Source: Octopus vulgaris (Eukaryota). Taken from it: a DNA stretch of 64,000 nt. Below the pieces are notes generated by a model. It was not told where the DNA came from, searched no databases, and was given only the letters and a program-made list of their open reading frames with translations. The DNA lies in NCBI GenBank assembly GCA_951406725.2, contig OX597823.1, forward strand, positions 38,068,001-38,132,000, given 5' to 3'. The translations under genes and the position numbers were made by a program. Below are positions 38,117-48,156 of this stretch, in pieces; position 1 is the stretch's first letter; the number at the start of each line of letters is the position of its first letter.

Positions 38117-40652
38117 ACTTTTTTAGCCAGAGGGGAAGCAGATAAGAAAAAATTTGCCAATGTTTTGCACCGTGAGGACCAAAGACATGAAGTATTTTGT
38201 GTTAAAAGACAGTGTGTGAGAGAGAATCGTGATGTAGGAGAGAAATGTGTTTGCATGGATGATGGTTCATTTGCACTAAACGAGGCTGCAAAGAGAGAGG
38301 TTTGGAGACGCTACTATGAAAGGTTACTGAATAAAGAAAATGAATGGGAAAAAGAGAGTCTACCCTATGTTGACCTAATAGGGACCAGCTATCCGAGTTG
38401 ACAGAATCTTGGTAGGTTAAGCAATTAAGAGTATGAAGACAGGTAAAGCCCCTGACCCATCAGGAATCACTGCAGAGATGCTCAAAATATCTTGCAGTGT
38501 TGGCTACAGCCTAGTCACCCGTATAGTTAACTAGGTGATACACAAAGGAGTCATACCCAATGACTGGTGTAGCAGCACTATAGTCAACTGCTACAAAGGA
38601 AAAGGTGATGCTTTAGATACAAATAATTACAGAGGTATCAAGTTGTTATATCAGGTAATGAAGGTTACAGAGAGGGTCATAACTCAACTAATTAGGGAAA
38701 AAGTCAGTTTAGATGAGATGCAGTTTGGGTTCGTGCCAGGGAAAAGTACCACTGATACTATATTTTTGGTAAGACAGCTGCAGGAGAAATACCTAGCCAA
38801 GGATAAACCTCTGTACCTGGCTTTTGTTGACATGGAGAAAGCCTTTGACAGAGTCCCCTGATCCCTTATCTGGTGGTCAATGAGGAAACTAGGGATAGAT
38901 GAATGGTTAGTGTGAGCTGTGCAAGCCATGTACAGAGACGCTGTCAGCAAGGTGAAGGTTGGCAACGAGTACAGTGAAGAATTCCGGGTAGGGGTCCACC
39001 AAGGTTCAGTCCTTAGCCCTCTCCTATTTATCATAGTCCTCCAGGCAATAACAGAGGAATTCAAGACAGGATTCCCCTGGGGGCTCCTCTATGCTGACAA
39101 CCTTGCTCTAATTGCTGAGTCACTATCAGAACTCGAGCAGAAGTTTCTGGTGTGGAAACAAGGATTAGAATCAAAGGGCCTTAGAGTCAACCTAGCTAAA
39201 ACCAAAGTCCTAATAAGTAGGAAGGCAGGCAAACCACAAATCCCTTCAGGTAGATGGCCCTGCTTGATCTGTAGAAAAGGCGTAGGTAGAAACTCTGTAA
39301 GATGTACCCAGTGTAAGCTATGGACACATAAGAGGTGCAGCAATATCAAAGGAAGGCTAACTGGGAAGATAGTTTTTGTCTGTGGCAGATTCTCTGGAGC
39401 AATAAACACTGAAAAATGTGCAGAGAACAACTTCCGCCACATTCCAGGGAGAAAAACTAGAAGTAGTTGATAGCTTCCGTTACCTAAGTGACCTAGTCAG
39501 TGGCAGGGGAGGGTGCACTGAAAGTGTAACTGCTAGAATAAGAATAGCCTGGGCAAAGTTCAGAGAGCTCTTACCTCTGCTGGTGACAAAGGGCCTCTCG
39601 CTCAGAGTAAAAGGTAGACTGTATGATGCTTGTGTATGAACAGCCATGCTACATGGGCTGTGACTGCTGAGGATATGCGTAAGCTTGCAAGGAATGAAGC
39701 CAGTATGATCTGATGGATGTGTAATGTCAGTGTGCATACTCGACAGAATGTAAGTACCTTGAGAGAAAAGTTGGATTTAAGAAGCACCAGATGTGGTATG
39801 CAAGTGAGACAACTGCACTGGTATGGTCATGTGGCGAGAATGGATGAGGATAGCTGTGTCAAAAAGTGCTGCACCCTAGTGGTTGAGAGAACCTGTGGAA
39901 AAGGTAGACCCAGGAAGACCTGGGGTGAAGTGGTGAAGCACGACCTTCGAACATTAGGCCTCACCGAGGCAATGACTAGTGACCGAGACTTTTGGAAATA
40001 TGCTGTGCTTGAGAAGACCTGGCAAGCCAAATGAGACCATAACCTCGTGGCATATGCTGGGGGTGTAACCAGCCCACTTATGCGTACCTTTCCTTCTTTG
40101 GACACAAAACTCTGCTTGCAAAGACCTGTTGAGGCAAGTGAAATCGAAATCAAATTTGATGACTGGCATCCGTGGTATGGAGTACTAAGAGCTTCATCTG
40201 AGCGTGATCGTTGATAGAGCGGCTAACTGGCTTCCGTGTCAGTGGCACGTAAAAGGCACCATTCGAGTGTGATCGTTACCAGCGTCGCCTTACTGGCACT
40301 TGTGCCCTGTGCTAGTGGGGCATGAAGAGCACCATTCGAGCGTGATCGTTGCCAGAGCAGCTAACTGGCTTCTGTGCCGGTGACACGTAAAAGGCACCAT
40401 TTGAGTGTGATTGTTACAAGCCTCGCCACACTGGCACTTGTGCCGGTGGCACGTGAAAAAACATCGAGCAAGGTCATTGCCAGTACCCATGCTAGTGGCA
40501 CGTAAAAGCACCCACTACACTCTCGGAGTGGTTGACGTTAGGAAGGGCATCCAGCTGTAGAAACTCTGCCAGATCAAGATTGGTTTGCCAGTCCTCAGTC
40601 AAATCGTTCAACCCATGCTAGCATGGAAAGTGGACATTAAACGATGATGATG
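38117..40652 (+). mobile_element. RTE LINE, 5'-truncated (RT, C-terminus, repeat-rich 3' UTR)
   Basis: YRGIKLL, QFGFVPGKSTTD, VDMEKAFDRV, GVHQGSVLSPLLF, LLYADNL and WYGHVARM; tail ends in (GAT)n. Confidence 0.95.
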
Positions 40653-40663
40653 ATATATATGTG

Positions 40664-40731
<68 letters not shown>

Positions 40732-40818
40732 GTATGTGTATATGTATATATATATATATGTGTATATGTATATATATATATATATATTTAAAAAAGGAGA
40801 TGTGGAACACGAGTTATG

Positions 40819-41140
40819 ATATAAAAAAGGAAATGAAGAAAATGCTGACAAAAGAATTTAAGTAATTTAAGTAATTTAATTAGGTGAAAGTTCTTTTTAC
40901 CGGTTGCGCATTTGTTATGCTTATCAAAAGATGTTTTTTTAAGAGAGATAGAGTTACTTTCTGATAGATTTTTTCCTCTTATCAGATAAGAGGAAAAAAT
41001 CTATCAGAAAGTAACTCTATCTCTCTTAAAAAAAACATCTTTTGATAAGCATAACAAATGCGCAACCGGTAAAAAGAACTTTCACCTAATTAAATTACTT
41101 AAATTATTTTGTCAGCATTTTCTTCATTTCCTTTTTTATA
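40819..41140. repeat. Near-perfect palindrome flanked by (TA)n microsatellites
   Basis: Arms of about 160 bp centred on A40984 (CCTCTTATC-A-GATAAGAGG). Confidence 0.9.
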
Positions 41141-41194
41141 TATATATATATATATGTATGTGTGTATATATATATGTATATATATATATATGTG

Positions 41195-41255
<61 letters not shown>

Positions 41256-41466
41256 ATATATGTGTGTGTATGTGTGTATATATATACATATATATACTGG
41301 CTGTTTGAAAAGTTGCCATATGTAGGAAAAATTTATTGTTTTATAAGAAACAGTTAAATAAAAAAAAACTTTTTGTAAACTGATTCTGATAAAGAAATAA
41401 TTTGTTTTTATGTATGGTGACTTTTGAATCACTCTGTATATGTTTATATACAGATGTATATGTATC

Positions 41467-41510
<44 letters not shown>

Positions 41511-41511
<1 letters not shown>

Positions 41512-42166
41512 TAGCATTATGACCCGTCTTTGCCGGGTCATAGTGCTAGTGCATGTATATATGTGTATATGTGTACATATTACAAGTACATCTATATATA
41601 TATATATACATCTACACATAAAATACAAAATACAAAGTTATATCTTCATATCGCTAGTGATAAAAATACTGAAAATATATAACAGACTGGAATTGTAGGA
41701 CTATTCTATTTCTGCACGCTAATTTTATTTTTAATTTATTCCCATTCATGTGAAGCCACTTATTCAAGTTCAAATCATTGATGCAATTTTATACCAATTG
41801 CTATTTTTACTTTTGTTATGTTACGATTATATTATACTTTAGTTTGATTTTAATTATTACTTACTACATATAATTCAATTGTTATTATTATCTCTAATTT
41901 TTATTGTTTAAGTGAAAGTATCTGACATAAAATAGAGAAATGTTTTTGTTTCACTTTTAACACGTAATACTGAAATAGTGGAGAAGATATGATTTGCTAT
42001 GGGCTTACTCTAGGCAAGAAGTTGAACATTTTGTTTTTGCCCATGAAACTACATGGACCCTAAGTAATGCAGGTGTAAAATTTGAATGAAATTGGTCGTG
42101 TAGTTCTCAAGTTTTAGGGAAACACACAGACAGACAGACACACATTCTCAGTTTTATATATATAGA
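41511..42166 (-). mobile_element. Non-autonomous Helitron/DINE-like element
   Basis: Minus-strand start TCTATATATATAAAA at 42166, (CAGA)n tract, terminal hairpin CTAGCATTATGACCCG...CGGGTCATAGTGCTAG, ends in CTAG. Confidence 0.75.
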
Positions 42167-42499
42167 TATTGAAATCTCGAAAATGTGATATTTGAACATT
42201 TTTTGTTCAGAATCAGTTCCACCATAACCAAAAATGTGGGATTTTCTAAAAAGAAATTAATACATATCCATTTTACTGGGAGGAATGATGGAAAAATTAG
42301 ATGTGAATTTTTCGAAAGTCCCCTCTCAACCCGTCAGGCTCGTTAGCTCATTTTTTTTTTCTCATATTCATTTTCTACATACTTGTTAACACCCAGCAGG
42401 CTGGTGCATTTTCTTTTGTTCCCTGGTCAAGGTGTTTATATTGAGTGAATCAAAAAACAAACCAAAACAAATGAGTTGAAAAGTTGCAAGCGCTGGGAA

Positions 42500-42780
42500 A
42501 TGTCTCTAATGGCTATTGAGGCAGGCCAGCATGCTTGCAGCATTGCTATGGGTGATGGCGAGTGTAATGTGCTGGAACAGCCTAGTGCCTTCCTGAGTGT
42601 CACCAGTTACCTCTGCTAGGTGAGTTGCCAGTGAAAACTGGAATCTCGCAGTTAGTGGTCTGACTCCACCAAATGTCTCAAACGTTACAGGATGGAAATG
42701 TAATTGGCCAACAGATTTCGGTATTTCAGGATTTTGTTCCATTCAGCTGTAGTACTTAGTGGCTGCTTTTTCTTTTTCCA
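42500..42780 (-). mobile_element. CRE-like non-LTR retrotransposon fragment (restriction-like endonuclease C-terminus)
   Basis: KKAATKYYS...HFHPVTFETFGG...LAEVTGD...LFQHITLAITHSNAASML resembles the RLE tail K..KY...F.P...ET.G...LFQR.S.A...GNA. Confidence 0.65.
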
Positions 42781-43242
42781 TTTTGTTGTTAATACCTTTG
42801 GAAAAACTGAACACAAAAACAAATTATTAAGAAATACATCATTGTTAGACAAATAATATTGCCAGTTTCATTTCATTGGTAATATTAACAAACATTGTAT
42901 TCTCAGGGGTTGTTCATTTTTTTAACATAGAAACCACATCTTCCTTTGGAAAATCAAATGAAAAATAGTTTTAGAAAAGGATATGTCCTTTTTGTGTTTC
43001 GGAAGAAAAAGCAAATAATTAGAAATCCAGGGATCTCACAATCCTTCTCTACCAAAAATGACCACCCCTCTAGACACAAAACATCTCTTTCCAAATGAAT
43101 GTTTCACAAATTAATCTCCTAAATCTGTCGACCATTTCTGCTCCATTCAATATAGAGCCGTGTGCTTATTTTGCTTGAACTGAATCTGGGTAGTAGAAGG
43201 ACAGAAAAACTGATAACAGACCTTTTTAAATATGGTTTAAAT

Positions 43243-43454
43243 TGGTGGTTCTAATGAATTTTTTACCTATGGCCCCTTTGATTCCTATTTTTCTCAACTG
43301 GACCCCCCCTCCCCTTTAAAAAATTCTATTTTACTTTTATAATTAAATATTATTGGGAATTGTATTTTAAAAATGTTAAAATATTTTGTGTATTGTTAAA
43401 ATATACCCAATTTATTGCACGTAATCTTATATGGGCCACGGTTGAGAATCACTG
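43243..43454. mobile_element. hAT (Charlie-like) MITE
   Basis: 8-bp TSD GTTTAAAT at 43235-43242 and 43455-43462; right TIR GGTTGAGAATCACTG; left TIR degenerate (TGGTGGTTCT). Confidence 0.7.
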
Positions 43455-43560
43455 GTTTAAATAAATGATTTCAGTCGAGGTGACAGCATTATGTTGCTGA
43501 AATCTCACTTACCTCCCATTTGTACTACAGTTCCTGTTTTTTCTGTCTTTCCAATTCCAG

Positions 43561-43685
43561 GTAAATGTGCTGTTCTTTGCCAAAAGCCGTGAATTAGTTG
43601 GAGAAAATAGAAGTGAAATCAGTATCACATCGAGATCTGTCACTACTGACCAACTAACTTCCTTTTTATTGGAGACTTTTCCAAG
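43561..43685 (+). CDS. MOCS2: MOCS2A exon 2
   Basis: Pyrimidine tract plus CAG acceptor; VNVLFFAKSRELVGENRSEISI...FP matches the MoaD/MOCS2A pattern V.VLYFAKSAE; donor AG|GTAAAG. Confidence 0.93.
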
Positions 43686-45408
43686 GTAAAGTGAACAAGT
43701 GAGGTACTTAACTACAATATCAAATGTCACTTTTACTTTCTCATAATCAACGTTAATTTGTCATTCTGTCTTGTTACTTTAGAATGGATTGGTAACTTAA
43801 GTTCATATTGAAGAAGTTACAGTTCATAACTGTCACATGCAGTGCTATACTTTATTTCAAACTAAAACACAGTTCGCAACATCTCAGTTCATCTAGCTGA
43901 AAATGAGTATCATGAAAGATACAGTTCATTGCTGCACACTAGATTCTAGTTGTCTCTCATCTTTTGGATTACTTCACAAAAACTAACTAGCCTTTTCAGT
44001 GTCAGAAAATACTTCAGTAACGAATGGTAACCCTATACAAAGTTCAGATGAGATCGACAATGAAGGACTTTTCTCACTTCTTGGACAGTGCTGCTACTTT
44101 ACATTCAGCCATCCTAGAACTTCATCCACAATAAGCCTACCATCTGGTTTTAACTTATATAAAGTTATCCACCATCACAATCCATCCTCTGGATCATAAA
44201 CCTGCTGTATCATCTTTCTCTCTCTCTCTTTTCTGCCACTATTACATTGGTTACTGCTCCTCAGACAGCTCATGTTGATTAGTCTCATTCCATATGGTCA
44301 CAACAGGTGAGGATGAATTTCACAGAGATGGGGACTGACTGGGATACTGCTTGGAGAGTTGCCTAGGATGATCCAAGCAAATGCCAACAGCGCATGCCTC
44401 CATACCTGACCTTACCTCCTCTTCCTCCTCTGTCTCTATGATTGTTTTTCTCTCACTGTATGTCACATTCCTTAACTCATTGCCTGCCACCAAGCTTAGT
44501 TGTGTACGCATTGTACCTCTCTTATTTTAATTTTCTCTCTGTATCTCTTACTCTTTCTCTCTACCTACCTTTATATGACTGGAGAGACCAACCAACTGAC
44601 ATTTACATCAGCTGCTATTGTAGAGATAGCACAAGGGATAAAACATGAAATAAATAAATATACGAATGAGATAAAATAATATTTTTTTTTATAATCAAGA
44701 GAGAAAACAGTGCCCATGACCCTTTATAAGGCCTCAGAGATCAATGGGAGGGAGAGAGTATCCTCAGAAACCTGGTCCAAATGCTTACAATAGGGTGAAC
44801 TCTACTGAGATAATTTAAGGTCTCAGGTGGTGATGTTGTCAAGCTGGGAAACTGTTTAAATCTATCACCTTAGTAAGTTATGGTGGGATTTGAACTCAGA
44901 ATGCAAAGAGCTAGAATAACTACTACAAAGCATTTGGCCCAATATTCTTACAGCCTGCCAATCCATTTTTAACATGTGGTATGTATGCCCTGGTGGCTAG
45001 TTTCTGTAATGGAGATAATCACTTTTTTTTTGTTTTTCTCTTATGAAGATCTTAAGATTTCTTCTTATGAGTACTCCTGCATAACACTATTTCATTCTTA
45101 TTAAAAATCATCAGCATGACATAGCAAATTAAATAAATTAAACATTTTACAAAGCAAGGCATGACTTATAGATGGAAAATAATTGCAGTTTTATCAAGGA
45201 TGAAAAGGCAAAGTTGAACTGGTAGGATTTGAACTCTGGGTACAGTGAATCATTTCTGCAAGGCTTTGTAGCTAACACTTTAATAACTGTCAATTTGCCA
45301 CCATACTGAGAAATACCGATAAATATGATTACGCAGCTATTTAAAATCTACTTCAAAACTAGTTTACTACCATTAAAGTGTTGATATTGTTTATTTCTTC
45401 TTTTCTAG

Positions 45409-45532
45409 TTTAAAGCCTCTGAAACAGTCCATGATAATTGCTTTGAATGAGGAATATTTGTCTGAAGATGAAACCATATGTTTATCAAATGGAGATGAAA
45501 TTGCAATAATTCCTCCAATCAGTGGTGGATAA
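45409..45532 (+). CDS. MOCS2: MOCS2A exon 3 (exon continues to the donor after 45536)
   Basis: LKPLKQSMIIALNEEYLSEDETICLSNGDEIAIIPPISGG* with the diagnostic C-terminal diglycine; TAG acceptor at 45406-45408; donor GTGAGT at 45537. Confidence 0.96.
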
Positions 45533-45613
45533 TCCAGTGAGTACCTTAATCTATTGGATAATCCTATGAGTAGTTTAACATGTTTGATAATCCAATGAGT
45601 AATTTAATATATT
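45527..45613 (+). repeat. Three 29-bp tandem units spanning the MOCS2A stop and splice donor
   Basis: Units start at 45527, 45556 and 45585: [G/T]GATAATCC..TGAGTA..TTAA...[A/G]TT. Confidence 0.8.
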
Positions 45614-45635
45614 CAGTATTTGAGACACCCTTTAA

Positions 45636-45858
45636 CACTTTGCCTGTCCAAAGCATTTGTCCTAAAAGTCCATACTTGTTTTCAGATTTTTAGTTAGTCC
45701 TCGTTTCATATGTTCTGGGTAATATAAAACTTTCCTTTCATAAAAAACAAGTTGATCAGGTGGTTTAAAAAACTGGAAATTTATAATCATGTATGATGCA
45801 TGGATGTCAGAGAAATATGCCCTGTGTATCACAGGTGATGCACAAGATGGGCAAAGGG
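45636..45858. mobile_element. piggyBac-like MITE
   Basis: TTAA flanks on both sides; termini CACTTTGCCTGTC ... GATGGGCAAAGGG. Confidence 0.6.
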
Positions 45859-46419
45859 TTAAAAAGAAGTTTGTTTTTTTCATAAAACAATTGTTTTTGT
45901 TTTAATCAAATTTTTATCAATATCATCATCATCATCATCCAAATGATTTCGACATCAATTCCCATTATGTAAAACCCATGTTCTGTGTCATCACTCTAAA
46001 TTAGTTATATGTCTTACCATTAAAAGTCCTAGCTCCATCTCAATCATTCCTTTCTTCACTTCTAAAATGTGAATTGACTTGTCACTTCTCTACAACAAGT
46101 AGACCTGTTCTGCTCAGGTTCCTTCCCTTAATTCTTCACCTCATAGTATAAAGCAGTCCCCTCAATGTCCATAGTCATGCAGACTGCATGCAAACATCAC
46201 TGGTGCCAGTGTTATGAAAAAGGCAGCCAGTATGTTGTAAAGCGGTTGGAATTAGGAAGTGTATCCAGCGATAGAAACCATACCCAAATAGATAATTGAG
46301 CATGATACAGTTTTTGTACTCATTGGATCCTGTCAAACCACCAATTGCAAACCAGCATGGAATATGGACATTAAATAATGATGATATCTCCTAAAAGAAC
46401 AAGATCATTGCATTAACCA

Positions 46420-47018
46420 GTATCATAAGTCTGGTACTTATTTTATTAATCTCCTTTTGCTGAACTGCTAAGTTACAGGGATATTAACACAACAACACCA
46501 GTTGTCGAGCAGTAGTGGGAAACAAACCCAGACACAATGACCCCTCCCCCACTATATGTATATATGATGGACTCTCCCATTGAAGACAATGTATGAGCAT
46601 TCAGTTTCTGCTGAATGACATGCACAAATGATATGTTTATAGTGATCAAATGTTTGTGCTGCACATTAGCTCACTCTCACTATCAAATCAATGTTGTCTG
46701 AACAGATGCACTGTGTGCCGCACATCAGGTGCAAAGTGATTGCAGAGCAATGCAAGATGAAGTGTTTTGGTCAAGAACACAATGCACCACCCGGTCTAGG
46801 AATTGAACTCACGATCGCTAGATTGCGAGTGCAACACCCTAACAGCTAAGCCATACGAAATACTTCTTTCAGTTTCTGTGTATTGAATCCATTCACAAGG
46901 CTTTGGTCGGCCTGGGGCTATAGTTGGAGACACTTGCCCAAGGTGCTACACTGTGTGTCTGAACTTGAAACCATGTAGTTGAGAAGCAAACTTCTTACCA
47001 CACTGCCATACCTGCACC
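46420..47018 (-). mobile_element. Degenerate SINE family A with a nested tRNA-headed SINE
   Basis: Family A head at 46865-47015 and tail at 46420-46530; second tRNA-like head at about 46790-46855 on the minus strand. Confidence 0.55.
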
Positions 47019-48056
47019 TATAAGTTTCAATAAAACAAAGAGTACCCTTATGTTGATGGAGCCTGTTGTAACTAATGGAAATATTTTGACATCTTGAATG
47101 AATTTTGTCTGTCACAAGCTGCTCAAGAGAAGCAGAATTTCAGAATGCAAATCTGACACTGAGAAACAGTTCATTGATGGTCTTGTCTTGTCCAGCAATG
47201 AAGGCATAGCTAGATTGTGTACTGCCTTGGGTAGTCCTTGGATATGCTATGCCCTCCAACTCTTGTCCTGCCCCCTATACAGTCTTATATGCCAGACTCC
47301 AAAATACTACCCCCATAAAAGTGTTACTTGGGGCAGATCCCCAACCTCACTAGCTGTGTTTCTGCAGAAATCTGTTAATAAATGTTTTAAAAGGTATTGG
47401 TTGTTTAGATGTTTAGTTCCAGATCAGTTCTGTTGGTATATTTAAGACTACACTGTCAAATGTGTCTTTTCTCTTTTTAAAGTGGTAGGCTGTTATAGGA
47501 AGGGAATTTGGCTTTTACTTCTAGTAGATCACACTACTACATAGAGACTCACTTGATGATTTCATCATCATCATTTTAATGTCCACTTCTCCATGCTTGC
47601 ATGGGTTGGATGGAGTAGATTGAGGCATTTTTTCTCTAGTTGTATGTCCTTTCTGTCACCAGCCCTCACCTGTTTCTGAGTTAGGTAATATTGCCCTTCG
47701 TCAAACATGTTCTTGCAGAATATCAGAAATGAATGATGTGTGTGTTTGACAGTGAAACTCATTTACAACTATCATGTGATGTCAACACAAAGAGATATAA
47801 CCATACACATTCTCTCTCCCCCCCTCTCTCTCACACACACACATACACTTCTAAATAGATATATACAACAGGCTTCTTTCAGTTTCTGTTAAAAGATCGT
47901 AAAACTTTGATGTAGTTTCAGAAAAGGAAGATGACCAGAAATCTTTAAACTGATTGCATAGACAAAATAAATGATGATTATTTAAACATTTTGATAGGTT
48001 TTATTTTTTGTTAACTTTATCTGGTTTTTGTTATATTTTCTTTATTAGTTTCTGCA

Positions 48057-48156
48057 ATGACTGACATCGTGGAATTATCTAATGAGAAATTGAATGTTGA
48101 GGACATTTCAAAATCTGTCACTTTACCAAATTGTGGTGCTGTATCACTATTTATTG
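48057..48156 (+). CDS. MOCS2: MOCS2B (molybdopterin synthase catalytic subunit) first coding exon (exon starts at 48049)
   Basis: MTDIVELSNEKLNVEDISKSVTLPNCGAVSLFIG matches MoaE/MOCS2B CGAISLFVG; TAG acceptor at 48046-48048; donor G|GTAAGA. Confidence 0.93.

Noticed and set aside
40618-41698. ORFs rich in IYIY repeats
   Set aside because: Translations of (TA)n/(TG)n microsatellites.
43491-43560. ATG just upstream of MOCS2A exon 2 as the start codon
   Set aside because: It is 70 nt upstream and so out of frame, and the region looks like a branch point, pyrimidine tract and acceptor.
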